Below are positions 45,813-55,275 of a DNA stretch of 64,000 nucleotides, in pieces. How positions within the stretch are numbered: position 1 is the stretch's first letter; every line of letters starts with the position of its first letter. Position numbers and translations under genes: made by a program. Origin of the DNA: Nitrososphaerota archaeon. GTDB taxonomy: Archaea; Thermoproteota; Nitrososphaeria; PSMU01. The notes below the pieces were generated by a model. That model was not told where the DNA came from. It worked only from the letters and a program-made list of their open reading frames with translations, and searched no databases. The DNA lies in assembly GCA_040290255.1 (NCBI GenBank), contig PSMU01000001.1, forward strand, positions 64,001 through 128,000, written 5' to 3'.

Positions 45813-47006
45813 GTGTCCCATATGCTTAGCCGGCGGTTCAGCTTAGAGGCGGGCCGCGCAGTATTGGTTGCTGGACCAGCGGTCGCGCAGATCCTACGAG
45901 GGCGGCTTGAGTGCTTAGGAAAGGAGCTTTACGAGGGGGAGAGGGTCGTTGTACGAGAGGGGAAGGAACTGCCTCTTGAAGCGCTGAGCAATGCTGAGTT
46001 AGAAGTTAAGGTAACGCGTGGAGCGAATTGCCGACTCATAGGCTCAGGTGAAAGCCTAGGCACGAGGATTTGGGATAGTGCTATCTCCAACATAGTAAGC
46101 CATAGCGAGAGCTGTAGGGACTGCGTGATAACCGCCCTCGGGCCTGTAAGCACCGGCAAATCTACCTTCCTCTGCTATGTTGCCAATCGCCTCCTAGATA
46201 AGAAGGAAAAGGAACTCGTGATAATAGACGCGGATATAGGACAGAATGATCTTGGCCCTCCTTGCTCGCTGGCGCTGGCTAAGGTAGACCGTCAAGTAAC
46301 CGATCTACGGGAGCTGAAGCCCACGATGTTCGACTTCGTGGGGTATTTCTCCGCCGGCCTTAACCCGCATTACGTCGCACAGCGTGTTATCGGTTTCGTT
46401 TCGAGACTTAAAAGGGACAGGGCCCGAGAAAGGCTAATCCTTCTTAACACGGACGGGTTTGTGGAGGGGGAAGGCCTGGTCACAAAACTATGGCTACTAA
46501 AGGGGACAGGAACACATTTGGCCGTGTTTACCGATAACGGCGTGGCCAGTAAAGCCCTGCAGTTAGGCCTAGCTCCAAACAAATTTATCGTGATAGCCAG
46601 GCCTGATATTAACGTCCGAAGCAGGCTAATAAGGGCCAACAGGCGCTTGCTGCAATACCTGAAATTCCTTCAGGGAGCAAGGCCCAGAAGATTGCATCTG
46701 AGCGACACAAGATTGGCTTTCCTAGGCAGGAGTTGCAGGGTGGTTGACTTTGAGCCCCACGCCAGGAGTTACCTTCTCAGCTTATCCAGCAACGAGGTCC
46801 TAGTGCCAGCTATAGCGATGGACCACATGTTCGTCGCACTAGCCCGTAACGACGAGGTGCAGGGCTTCGGCGTCATTAAACAGTATAGGCGTGATGGAGA
46901 AATGGTAGTACTGACTCCAACTTCTGGCCCCGTTAACACGATATTTCTTAGCCTAGTGCGGCTGCCAAGATTAGGTGCGGAGGAAGCCTTGCGCTTAGCT
47001 ACCTGA
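45813..47006 (+). CDS. Clp1/Grc3-family polynucleotide 5'-kinase
   Basis: GPVSTGKST, DADIGQNDLGPP, NTDGFV.G. Confidence 0.88.
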   Translation: MSHMLSRRFSLEAGRAVLVAGPAVAQILRGRLECLGKELYEGERVVVREGKELPLEALSNAELEVKVTRGANCRLIGSGESLGTRIWDSAISNIVSHSESCRDCVITALGPVSTGKSTFLCYVANRLLDKKEKELVIIDADIGQNDLGPPCSLALAKVDRQVTDLRELKPTMFDFVGYFSAGLNPHYVAQRVIGFVSRLKRDRARERLILLNTDGFVEGEGLVTKLWLLKGTGTHLAVFTDNGVASKALQLGLAPNKFIVIARPDINVRSRLIRANRRLLQYLKFLQGARPRRLHLSDTRLAFLGRSCRVVDFEPHARSYLLSLSSNEVLVPAIAMDHMFVALARNDEVQGFGVIKQYRRDGEMVVLTPTSGPVNTIFLSLVRLPRLGAEEALRLAT

Positions 47007-47016
47007 GGATCGGTGT

Positions 47017-48903
47017 TTAGTTGTTGCGATGGGTAGATAGCATCGTCTGCAGGCCCTTCTTATCGGATATTGTCTTTGCGTCGCGTAGAAGCCACTCTGG
47101 TAAGTGTTCACTCACTTGAGGGCTGAGAAAGCGCTTGTCGAGAAGGTAGACAACTATCTTCTTCGACTTAGCCCTTAGCGCGCGGCCTATACATTGCAGG
47201 CATGCCTCTATCGCGGGCCTTAGGAACAGATGAGTGTAGGCAAGCCTTAAAGATGGCCGCAGTGCCCTGAGCGTGAGCAAGAGCGGCCTTTTCGGTTGTG
47301 GCAGGGCTAGACCTACGATGGCGACCCCTTGAATAGAATCTGGCGGGAAATCCTCCCCTTCCGAGAATCGCCCATTCTGAACTGCCATTAGCAGCGCTCT
47401 TGAAGCGAGATTTGCCTTAAAGAGGCGCATCATGTTCTCGGCTTCTTCCATGGAAAGCTGCCTTTCTTCGGTCATAATAACGATATTATCGGGCAATAAC
47501 AGATGGGGCTTCACGGCCTTCATCATCGCATAAGATGAGAAGAAGAGACAGGTGTTGCCAGGAATGCTGGCCACGAAGAGGCTGAGTCGCTCACCTATCT
47601 CCCTCAAGTTGGCTTGGCTTCGCTCCCTAAGCCTGCTGGTTAGAGCTGCATCTACTATGCAGAGAAGGCCAGGGAATGCGGCCTTGGCATCCCTTAATGC
47701 CCAGTAAGTTATAGGTCCTTCTAGATCGAGCAGCCTGCGTAACACCTCTGGCGACCCAAGTGTGGCGGAGAGGAGGATCTTACCTCCACGCCACAGAGGC
47801 TTGCTCGGGAGGCTTAACGAAGGCCTGATGCATTTTATGAGTATTGTGCTTCGCTCTTCTGGCTTATAGGAAGGTACGAACGTTATGCAGTCCTTCAACA
47901 TTCCCGCTTCCCGTAAAGAGGTGAGGCGTTCAAGGGCCTCAAGAACCCCTACAGATGCATGGGACCTCATGATTAGGGGGCTAGCGGCAAGAGTCCTTTG
48001 GAGAGATGTAGCCCTGAGGTCAGCATAGATTCTGTCTAGAGTATGATGTAGGCCACTAGTGAGCCGCATATAAGCTTCCTCGCCTGTAATGGCCTGCCCC
48101 TTACTAAGCTCTCCCGCCAAGGCACCTAGATTGGCCTTCAAGAGGCCAAGTTGTTCCGCCAGCGCAGGCGGAGCGCTTCCAGCTACTTCAGCTAGGGCTT
48201 CATGAAGAAGTGACCCGGAGAGGGCTACAGAGAACAGCGAGGTCAGACTAGAAAACAGGCTGTGAGCCTCATCGATGACGTAGCATAGACGGGTGGTGAC
48301 GGCACTTAGAAGCTGTACTAGGTAATTCCTGAAGGATAGGAAGAAATAGCGGTACGTCATAACAAGAACGTTAGAGTTGAGTGCGAGCCTTAGCAGGGCC
48401 TCATAGGGGCAGAAAGCGTTATGCCTGCTAGTCGCCAGCAAGTCCTCTAGCAGGTTCCTTCTTATGGAGGTGAGGGCCGCTATTGGTAAGGCGTGCGTCC
48501 TTTCGTAGTACTGACAAATTCTATTCCTCACTAGATGGTTACAATACGCGCTGAAAAGCGCGCGTTCTACCTCGATCTGCTCATCTCTCCTCTTCAAGCA
48601 TAGTTCAAACCTGGGCAGGAACGATATGGGTTTAAGCGATGTTAGTTTTTGGCTAACTCGCATATATTCCTCAATAACGCGAGCAACCTCTCTTCTAGTT
48701 CTAGCTAAAAATATAAGTTTGTACTCTTCGTGGGATCTCGCCACGTTGTCGAACGCTGATAGCACGCACACCGTCTTTCCGAATCCGCTTGGAGCTTCTA
48801 CTAAGAGTGTTCTTTCTTCTTCGAGGGCTTTCTGTATTAACCCTACTAATTCCTGCTGGCCCTGACGAGGCGGCTCGTAGGGGAATGGCTCTTTGAATGA
48901 CAA
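47017..48903 (-). CDS. xpd: XPD/Rad3-like Fe-S DNA helicase
   Basis: R.GQ, APSGFGKT, CPY, IDEAH, SATL, FF.SY, SEG.D, Q.IGR..R. Confidence 0.88.
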   Translation of the reverse strand: MSFKEPFPYEPPRQGQQELVGLIQKALEEERTLLVEAPSGFGKTVCVLSAFDNVARSHEEYKLIFLARTRREVARVIEEYMRVSQKLTSLKPISFLPRFELCLKRRDEQIEVERALFSAYCNHLVRNRICQYYERTHALPIAALTSIRRNLLEDLLATSRHNAFCPYEALLRLALNSNVLVMTYRYFFLSFRNYLVQLLSAVTTRLCYVIDEAHSLFSSLTSLFSVALSGSLLHEALAEVAGSAPPALAEQLGLLKANLGALAGELSKGQAITGEEAYMRLTSGLHHTLDRIYADLRATSLQRTLAASPLIMRSHASVGVLEALERLTSLREAGMLKDCITFVPSYKPEERSTILIKCIRPSLSLPSKPLWRGGKILLSATLGSPEVLRRLLDLEGPITYWALRDAKAAFPGLLCIVDAALTSRLRERSQANLREIGERLSLFVASIPGNTCLFFSSYAMMKAVKPHLLLPDNIVIMTEERQLSMEEAENMMRLFKANLASRALLMAVQNGRFSEGEDFPPDSIQGVAIVGLALPQPKRPLLLTLRALRPSLRLAYTHLFLRPAIEACLQCIGRALRAKSKKIVVYLLDKRFLSPQVSEHLPEWLLRDAKTISDKKGLQTMLSTHRNN

Positions 48904-48926
48904 CGTCCGTATGGGAATGCGCGAAT

Positions 48927-49307
48927 TTAAGCTCCCCTCCTCGGTTCTCTAGAGGACTGTATTAATTTCAGGAGCTGCAGGTAGGCTTTAGCGAGCTCAA
49001 CATACTTTAATTCCTCCTCCAGATTTAGCGGACTCTGCAACTTCTCGGAAAGTTCCTGCAGTCTCCTATAGCTAACATTTTCCAAGGTAGAGAAGGGGCT
49101 GGTCTGCTCGGCATGGGTTCCCGCGGCCTTAGAAGTGGTAACTTCCTTTGGCCCTGGCTTTGGCAATATGCCGCAGTTAAGGCAATATTGGGAGCCTTGG
49201 TACAAGAGTAAGATGCCGTTGCACTGAGGGCAGGGCTCCTTAAGGAGCGTGGCACCCTTTCGTAGCAACTCGGCCGCTTGGCGTAGATCTTTCCTTGTAG
49301 CGCTCAT
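48927..49307 (-). CDS. UPF0148/SSSCA1-type zinc-ribbon protein
   Basis: AELLRKGATLL.EPCPQC...YCLNC. Confidence 0.8.
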   Translation of the reverse strand: MSATRKDLRQAAELLRKGATLLKEPCPQCNGILLLYQGSQYCLNCGILPKPGPKEVTTSKAAGTHAEQTSPFSTLENVSYRRLQELSEKLQSPLNLEEELKYVELAKAYLQLLKLIQSSREPRRGA

Positions 49308-49340
49308 CTAGGACGACCACAGAGGTCGAAGCACTTATTT

Positions 49341-49640
49341 ATGCTCTTTCTTCGAGGGCTGCTAGGGAGCTTTATGATGATAAACGAGAAGCTCGACCGT
49401 ATAAAGAAGGCCTTGGAGCTGCTGAGGATAGTGGCCGAGGACGCAGCTACCCCCAGGGCCGTTAAGCGTATACTCAAAGAATCCCTCGAGACCTTACAAA
49501 ATGAAAAGCTAAGCCCCGGCGTCAGGGCTGCTAATGTCGTTAGCGCATTAGAGGAAGTGGTTCAGGATCCGAACCTGCCCTCTTTCTCACGCGTTCAGAT
49601 CTGGTCGGCAGTATCACAGCTCGAGGGCATTAGGGATTAG
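49341..49640 (+). CDS. UPF0147 family protein
   Basis: D..TPR.V, VRAA..VS.LE...DPNLP...R..IW. Confidence 0.85.
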   Translation: MLFLRGLLGSFMMINEKLDRIKKALELLRIVAEDAATPRAVKRILKESLETLQNEKLSPGVRAANVVSALEEVVQDPNLPSFSRVQIWSAVSQLEGIRD

Positions 49641-50209
49641 GTGAACACGTCGTCCACGGAACCCATAGACTTCAGGTGGTGAGCTGTCTCTATGGGCAGA
49701 GTTAGCACATCGCCCTCCTTCACGGGTCCATATGTTCTTAGGTCCGTGTCCGTGACCTGATCTATAGGCTTAAGGCATCTGACTATAAGCCTTGATCCCG
49801 ACAATTCTTCCTTGATACGGCTCAGAGCGCTTACTCTTACATTCTTGAGCGCAAACCGAACAATGAAGAGACGTCTCTCGAATTCTAGCAGCGGCTCCAG
49901 AATGTATTTCTCTTCATCGGGTAGAGTAGCCCAAGGAATGTCCTCCGGTTTGCCACTAAGCAGCAAATCTATCATTTTAGTGACGCGACTCATGAGTAGT
50001 TTTGATAATAATTCTGATAACAGCTGTCGCCTTCTGCTCATCAGCCGTGAGTAGAGGCTATCGGTGTCTATTTCTCCCAATGTAAAATCCGCGACCGTGC
50101 CTAAGGCCTCCCGATAAAACTGTGATGGTAGTCTCCCGATGGTCTCCGAAGCCATCTCCTCCTTCAAGAGTGGGACGAGACGCTCTATATAGGGAAGGGC
50201 TCTCTCCAT
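49637..50209 (-). CDS. GINS subunit Gins15-like
   Basis: LP..FY, R..K, LxxEEK and D...YGP...GD...LP tail; follows priS; ATG 50209 chosen. Confidence 0.75.
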   Translation of the reverse strand: MERALPYIERLVPLLKEEMASETIGRLPSQFYREALGTVADFTLGEIDTDSLYSRLMSRRRQLLSELLSKLLMSRVTKMIDLLLSGKPEDIPWATLPDEEKYILEPLLEFERRLFIVRFALKNVRVSALSRIKEELSGSRLIVRCLKPIDQVTDTDLRTYGPVKEGDVLTLPIETAHHLKSMGSVDDVFT

Positions 50210-50256
50210 CAATCCCAATTTCGGGAGTGGACTTATAGCGTTTGTGGCCTGGCGTT

Positions 50257-51408
50257 CTATTGCTCTATTACCAAGCTGGCTGCCCCCTTGCAAAGCAAGT
50301 AGATGGCCAGCCCTTGCGGTAGTCTTACGACCGTGTCTCTGGCTAGGCGATATTCCTGACCCTTCCAATAGAGGATGGGGACGAATTTCACCTTAACTTT
50401 AACCTGTGGATCATCCTCAAAGGCAACAGCCTCGGTAAAGGGATCGAACTTCGTTAAATCTCTACACCTGATCTTGATAAGCCCTGTATCTTCGTGAAGA
50501 CTGCCCTCAAGCCTAGCCAGCCTGTGCAGGTCGCCTGTCACCACTGGGTCCAGCCTGACTTTATGTCTCTCTACGGAAGCTTGCAGCAGGGCTGTGAGCT
50601 CGTTCAAACCCCCCCGCTTATAGCTCTCGAGTACGAGCTGCTCGGAAAGGTCAGCAAAGAGTTTCGTCCTCCACCCCCCGTCGAGCCTCAACCTTTGTAC
50701 TAGCGATGAGAGCTCTTTTTGGTTCATGTTATCGCGGAATCCGAGGGCCGTCGCATTGATGCCGCGCCCCAAGAAGTAATCCAGCAGTTCAAGCCGTTCC
50801 TGCTGGCCAAGATCCTGCACCGCGGTTGAAGTTACAAGTATGTGAAAGCCCCTATTGCCCGAGAAGTAAACGGAGATGTCTTGGGCATCAAAGCCAAGTT
50901 CCTCCTGCATGATCTTAAGGGCTTTCGCTACCTCAATTTTGGCTTGTTGCACACAGTTACCGCAAGTCCATTTTTGCGTCTTCAGGTTTGTAGAACCGCA
51001 GCTGCTGCACTGTGTAACTTCAGAGACTGCCTGTATTGCATCACAAGCTAGGCAGAATACGAGGTCATGCTTAGCCTTACAAGGTAGGTCCAGCATATCG
51101 GCATCAATATCGAGAAAGAGATCGGCGCCCAGGAAGCCTTTATCCTGGATGGGTAAGGCTGGATGGCTATAGTAAGCTACGGAGGCGAATATGCCTCTTG
51201 GTATAACTCGGAGTATAAGGCTCCTGAGCTCTCCGACATCTCTCACGCTCAGATGTCTAACCATAGCGTTGCTGAAGGTCAGGTACCCTATCTCCCTAGA
51301 CTCTATCTGAGGGGGGCCTGTTATGGTTTCTATATTTCTATAATAGTATTCCCTGAACTTCCTGTAAATGAACTCGTTTAGGTCAGGCTCAACGGTCAAA
51401 TCTAGCAT
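50257..51408 (-). CDS. priS: DNA primase small subunit
   Basis: REIG, RHLS, DLFLDIDAD, FSGNRGFH, D..VT.D.HRL.RL.GSLH. Confidence 0.93.
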   Translation of the reverse strand: MLDLTVEPDLNEFIYRKFREYYYRNIETITGPPQIESREIGYLTFSNAMVRHLSVRDVGELRSLILRVIPRGIFASVAYYSHPALPIQDKGFLGADLFLDIDADMLDLPCKAKHDLVFCLACDAIQAVSEVTQCSSCGSTNLKTQKWTCGNCVQQAKIEVAKALKIMQEELGFDAQDISVYFSGNRGFHILVTSTAVQDLGQQERLELLDYFLGRGINATALGFRDNMNQKELSSLVQRLRLDGGWRTKLFADLSEQLVLESYKRGGLNELTALLQASVERHKVRLDPVVTGDLHRLARLEGSLHEDTGLIKIRCRDLTKFDPFTEAVAFEDDPQVKVKVKFVPILYWKGQEYRLARDTVVRLPQGLAIYLLCKGAASLVIEQ

Positions 51409-52060
51409 AAGATCGCATCGTCTGTCTTAAGCTTGCTCTTCTCATAAGGTAGCCTATCAATTCAGCTAAGAGAGAGGAGCTATTAGGGGGATATCGAGTA
51501 GGGTCTCTTAATTTATTTTCAAGGTGACCATAAGAGGCCAGCATGGCAAGCTCTCCTAGTTCCAGCGTGTTTAGCTTTAGCGTTCCAGCGCTTAGGGATA
51601 AATTCGAAAGCCGTAGGCTGCGGTCAGCCATCCACTCAGGACACTTCTTCTTTATCTCCAGATAGCTAGAGAGCGGAACGCAGAAACTGGGTGAGCCTGA
51701 GGGGTCCATGCGGAACGTTATGTTGCCGATGATCGTTCTCAAGGCCCTAATGACTAGTTTATTTCCAATGTATATCAGCACTAGATGCTTTGTGCGGTAA
51801 GCGTTAAAGTAGGCCCAGTTGCTGATAAACTCACCTATACCTGAATTAGATACAGCTGTACTGATCAGGTGATAATAAACTGGATACCTCTCAGTAAGCG
51901 AGGCGGCCAGCTCAGCTGGATTCGCCTTGAAAGCAATTACAGGTTTCATCAGATCATGAATTTCCCTGAGCGCATCTTGCTTTAATTCGATGGGGTTATA
52001 ATACGTAGTCCTCACTAAAAATGGAAATAGGTAGGCCATGAGTGGCAAACGCTCCGTCAT
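51389..52060 (-). CDS. Divergent DNA primase large subunit-like protein, N-terminal domain only
   Basis: FPFL near N-terminus and VPLSSYL...RL.N..L..G...L segment resemble PriL; between pcna and priS. Confidence 0.55.
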   Translation of the reverse strand: MTERLPLMAYLFPFLVRTTYYNPIELKQDALREIHDLMKPVIAFKANPAELAASLTERYPVYYHLISTAVSNSGIGEFISNWAYFNAYRTKHLVLIYIGNKLVIRALRTIIGNITFRMDPSGSPSFCVPLSSYLEIKKKCPEWMADRSLRLSNLSLSAGTLKLNTLELGELAMLASYGHLENKLRDPTRYPPNSSSLLAELIGYLMRRASLRQTMRSYARFDR

Positions 52061-52098
52061 CCCGAGCTAGTTAAGCCCTGAGCTTTAAGCGCCCCTGC

Positions 52099-52872
52099 TT
52101 ATTCTAAACGCGGAGCCAGAAAGAACGTCAGCGTTAGACCCTCCGCCGGTCTGGATTCTAGTTTTAACGGACTTTTATTGGAGAACTCGAATAAGACCGT
52201 CGGCGTGGCCTTGCTTACTGATTTAATGAACGCGTCTAGGAAGTCCAGATTGTAAGACGCGGCTGCTGATTCTTTCACCTTGTAGTCGTAAATCTCCGAT
52301 GCGCTTTTTGGTACCGTTAGAGTTACTTCTCCAAATTCACTTCTACCCTTAAAGGTCAAGCTGTCAGGGTTCGCCTCTATCATTATGTGATCCGAAATGG
52401 TTGAAATACGTTTTATGCAGCGACCTAACAGGGCGGCCGAGAGCTGAGCTGAAACACTAAAATTGATCTTCGGCAAGGGCGGCGTACCTGTCTCAAAGAC
52501 TTCGACCATTTGAAGGCGCCATCTCTCAACGCCTCCTTCGTCTTCACTAAAAAACGAAAAGGTAACGGTATCGCCCTCCTCTATTGCCAATTCTACTCGA
52601 TTTGCCTTATCCACCCCCTTCAACATTTTCACGAGATCTTCCATGCGGAGCCCGAACCTTATCTTGCCTTCGCAGCTGTATTCTTCGAAGGCTGTCTTAC
52701 TCCAAGAAAGGTCGATCATAGCGACGTGTGAAGGGTCCATGGCTCTAAAGGATATACCTGCTTCATTGGCTTCGAATGAAGCCTCTTCCACGAGCGCCGC
52801 TATGCTCACGGCAACGGTCCGCCAGACATCTACGGATGAAGTTACGGCCTTAAGTGCCGCCATATCACACAC
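52099..52872 (-). CDS. pcn: DNA sliding clamp PCNA
   Basis: RAMDPSHVAM, P..L, FFLAPR. Confidence 0.95.
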   Translation of the reverse strand: MCDMAALKAVTSSVDVWRTVAVSIAALVEEASFEANEAGISFRAMDPSHVAMIDLSWSKTAFEEYSCEGKIRFGLRMEDLVKMLKGVDKANRVELAIEEGDTVTFSFFSEDEGGVERWRLQMVEVFETGTPPLPKINFSVSAQLSAALLGRCIKRISTISDHIMIEANPDSLTFKGRSEFGEVTLTVPKSASEIYDYKVKESAAASYNLDFLDAFIKSVSKATPTVLFEFSNKSPLKLESRPAEGLTLTFFLAPRLE

Positions 52873-52911
52873 TACTTACGGATATACTATTTAAGCGAGC
52901 AGCCCTTAGCC

Positions 52912-53244
52912 TTAGGCGTACTGTCGCCATGTGTAATTGCACTTTAGGCACCTATAGAACTGGGTGGAGGGCTCGTCGCCTCCCCTTGTTTGCACGATCC
53001 ACCAAGTGGCTTCATCATGACCACACTGAGGGCACTCGGCTCGTGTAACGGGCAAGGTCTTAAGTTCTGAGAGGTTCCTGTCTACTACCCTTACCGAGGT
53101 CGAACTCTGTTGTAGCACCTGACTAGTTATTATTCGAGGTGTTTCGTTGTAACCACATTTTTCGCATAAGAGCTGAAAGCCCGTAGACGAGCCCTTTACG
53201 GACTTTAGTCTCAGTCGAGTACCGCATCTAGGACAGAATCTCAT
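52912..53244 (-). CDS. tfs: Transcription factor S
   Basis: FCPRCG...CPQCG...QTRGGDEPSTQFYRC..C..TWR. Confidence 0.95.
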   Translation of the reverse strand: MRFCPRCGTRLRLKSVKGSSTGFQLLCEKCGYNETPRIITSQVLQQSSTSVRVVDRNLSELKTLPVTRAECPQCGHDEATWWIVQTRGGDEPSTQFYRCLKCNYTWRQYA

Positions 53245-53528
53245 TTTTTACTACTCTTTGTCAGGCTCTTGTCGAGCTCCGCTTCCAATGACTCTAAGAC
53301 TTTCATGCTACGTGCCCAAGCTTCCCTTAGAGCGGCCTTCGGTTGCTCCTTGGCTAAGACGTTCAGAACGACAACCTTCTGAAGGGGGTGTGGTATGACC
53401 ACGCCCGATGAGAGGACAGAGCTGTCCGCAAGGAGTTCATACTGCAGTATATCCGCTACAGATGCGTTTACCTCTCTAAATCTAACCTCCAGCCTGTCCT
53501 TCCCTTTCTCTATTAGCTCAACGGACAC
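53241..53528 (-). CDS. rpoL: RNA polymerase subunit Rpo11 (RpoL)
   Basis: PHPL motif; csl4-rpoL-tfs order. Confidence 0.85.
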   Translation of the reverse strand: MSVELIEKGKDRLEVRFREVNASVADILQYELLADSSVLSSGVVIPHPLQKVVVLNVLAKEQPKAALREAWARSMKVLESLEAELDKSLTKSSKK

Positions 53529-53560
53529 GGGCTACTCGCTTGGCGGGCGCTATTTTAGGT

Positions 53561-54100
53561 TTACTTCTCGGCGGAACTGATGGCCAAAGGAACGCGCTCC
53601 TTGTTGCCACATGCTACACACTTGACCGACCTAGGGCCTATCTTAAGGGTACGCTCGCCACAGACCGAGCATCTTGTGCTCAGAACGCCCAACCCTTCGC
53701 CTTCGATTGAACATAGAGGAAGGCCGCCCACGACTCTAAGGACCTTAGCCTTTACCAAGTCCGTGGGCTTGATCCTTAGAGTGTTATCTCTATCGAAGGA
53801 CATCAGCAGCAGGGCAGGCAAGTTGTTACGCAAGGCCAGAGAGTTGATCTTGAGTATCTTAATGTTCGCGTGCTTGTGTGCCACTTCGGTTACTAAAGCC
53901 TCCACCATATCTCCTGGCCTGGGCAGCGAGAATGATCTATAAGGTACCACGCGCACCTTTCGGGACTCATAGTCATAGAGGGCCTCACCAAGCAGCTTAG
54001 CTCTAAGTTCGGGTCCCCACAGGTATACGCCTTCTCCTCCCTCAAACTCCTCTATCACCGCCAGTTTATCGCCGGGAGCGACGAGCTTCGATTTTGTCAT
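53561..54100 (-). CDS. csl4: Exosome RNA-binding protein Csl4
   Basis: V.PGD.L..IEEF..G.G, S1 domain, LGV...CSVCG...C..CG..E. Confidence 0.9.
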   Translation of the reverse strand: MTKSKLVAPGDKLAVIEEFEGGEGVYLWGPELRAKLLGEALYDYESRKVRVVPYRSFSLPRPGDMVEALVTEVAHKHANIKILKINSLALRNNLPALLLMSFDRDNTLRIKPTDLVKAKVLRVVGGLPLCSIEGEGLGVLSTRCSVCGERTLKIGPRSVKCVACGNKERVPLAISSAEK

Positions 54101-54103
54101 AAG

Positions 54104-54610
54104 TTACCGTTGAACAGCCGCGGTCGTTACTCTTATGTCCGTTGAAATGGGGAGCTTGCTCGAAGCCACCTTAAGCGCCTCTTTCACTTTGGCCAAATAC
54201 GTTGAGTAAGTTTGAACCTCCATTACTGGCTCCCCAGCTTTCACGCGAGCTGCCAGGCCTATTGGTTTACCGAAAGCTCTTCGCATTCCTTCCTGCAGTC
54301 GATCGGCCCCAGCTGTAGCTATCATCTTGTTTTCACGTAATATAACATGAGGGTACTTTTTGATCAGCAGATAGTAATTCGCGTCCCCTACCTCCCTAGA
54401 AAGGAGTTTGTTGGCTGCCGTGCGGGCCGCTTCAAGAGCGTTATCCCTTATCTGCGCTTCATTGCCCGCGACAAGAAGAACCTTAGTATCATAATCAGTC
54501 TTGAAGGTGCCCATCACGAACTTATTAAGCTTCGTCGAGGGAATGCTCTCTATGTACTCCTTTCTGGAGTACGGCATGCCCCTTACCGGCCGATAGCATG
54601 AACCGCGCAT
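54104..54610 (-). CDS. rpl10e: 50S ribosomal protein uL16 (L10e)
   Basis: YPH.ILRENKM...AGADRLQEGMRRAFGKP. Confidence 0.97.
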   Translation of the reverse strand: MRGSCYRPVRGMPYSRKEYIESIPSTKLNKFVMGTFKTDYDTKVLLVAGNEAQIRDNALEAARTAANKLLSREVGDANYYLLIKKYPHVILRENKMIATAGADRLQEGMRRAFGKPIGLAARVKAGEPVMEVQTYSTYLAKVKEALKVASSKLPISTDIRVTTAAVQR

Positions 54611-54646
54611 GTTAACCCTGCTCAGAAGAGCAACGGATTTAAACTT

Positions 54647-54991
54647 TTAATCCTGCCTATTGTCAGCCCTAGTTTCTTTGGTTATGATAGCGAGGATTCT
54701 CTGCAAAACCTCCGTACTCAGCAATTTTTTCCAGCCGCTGACTATGCCTCTTAGTTCGTCAAGAGTTTCGGGCAATATATTTACTATTTCGACCGCCTCC
54801 TCTTCAGCTAATCCTACCTCGGACTTTAGCTTGATTATCAGTTCCTTAGCGCGATCGCCGGGCAGCTTGGAGAACTTTGAGGTGTAGTCGAGAACTCGTT
54901 TCTGTATAGGATTTAGTTGCTCAGGAGCGACCTGCTTTAGCAGTTCATTTACCTCCGCGATGGTAATCGCCTTTTTCTTTAGGATCCTCAT
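54647..54991 (-). CDS. rpoF: RNA polymerase subunit Rpo4 (RpoF)
   Basis: Q...LDY..KFSK, EIVNILP.T.DELR. Confidence 0.9.
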   Translation of the reverse strand: MRILKKKAITIAEVNELLKQVAPEQLNPIQKRVLDYTSKFSKLPGDRAKELIIKLKSEVGLAEEEAVEIVNILPETLDELRGIVSGWKKLLSTEVLQRILAIITKETRADNRQD

Positions 54992-55275
54992 TATCCCGAC
55001 CTTAGTGGCTTAACATGCTCTAATCGCGTGTAAACTTGCTTAATCTTCTCGCCCATAGGTACTTCCACGACCAGAGCCCTTCGCATCACCTTTTTGACAA
55101 AACCCACTTTCCCATGAAACCGCTTATGAGGCATCCCTTTCTGCTCCTTGGGATAGCACAGTATCACCACACGGTCTCCCTCCTTATAATTGTATAGGAG
55201 GTAGGACAGGCCTAGGTTAGCCTCCTTAGCCATAAGGTGCCTAGTTTTCGCCCTAGGACCCTTACTCTTGGGCAC
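54991..55275 (-). CDS. rpl21e: 50S ribosomal protein eL21
   Basis: SKG.R.KTR, GMPH.RFHGK.G, EHVKP; GTG start at 55275. Confidence 0.95.
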   Translation of the reverse strand: MPKSKGPRAKTRHLMAKEANLGLSYLLYNYKEGDRVVILCYPKEQKGMPHKRFHGKVGFVKKVMRRALVVEVPMGEKIKQVYTRLEHVKPLRSG

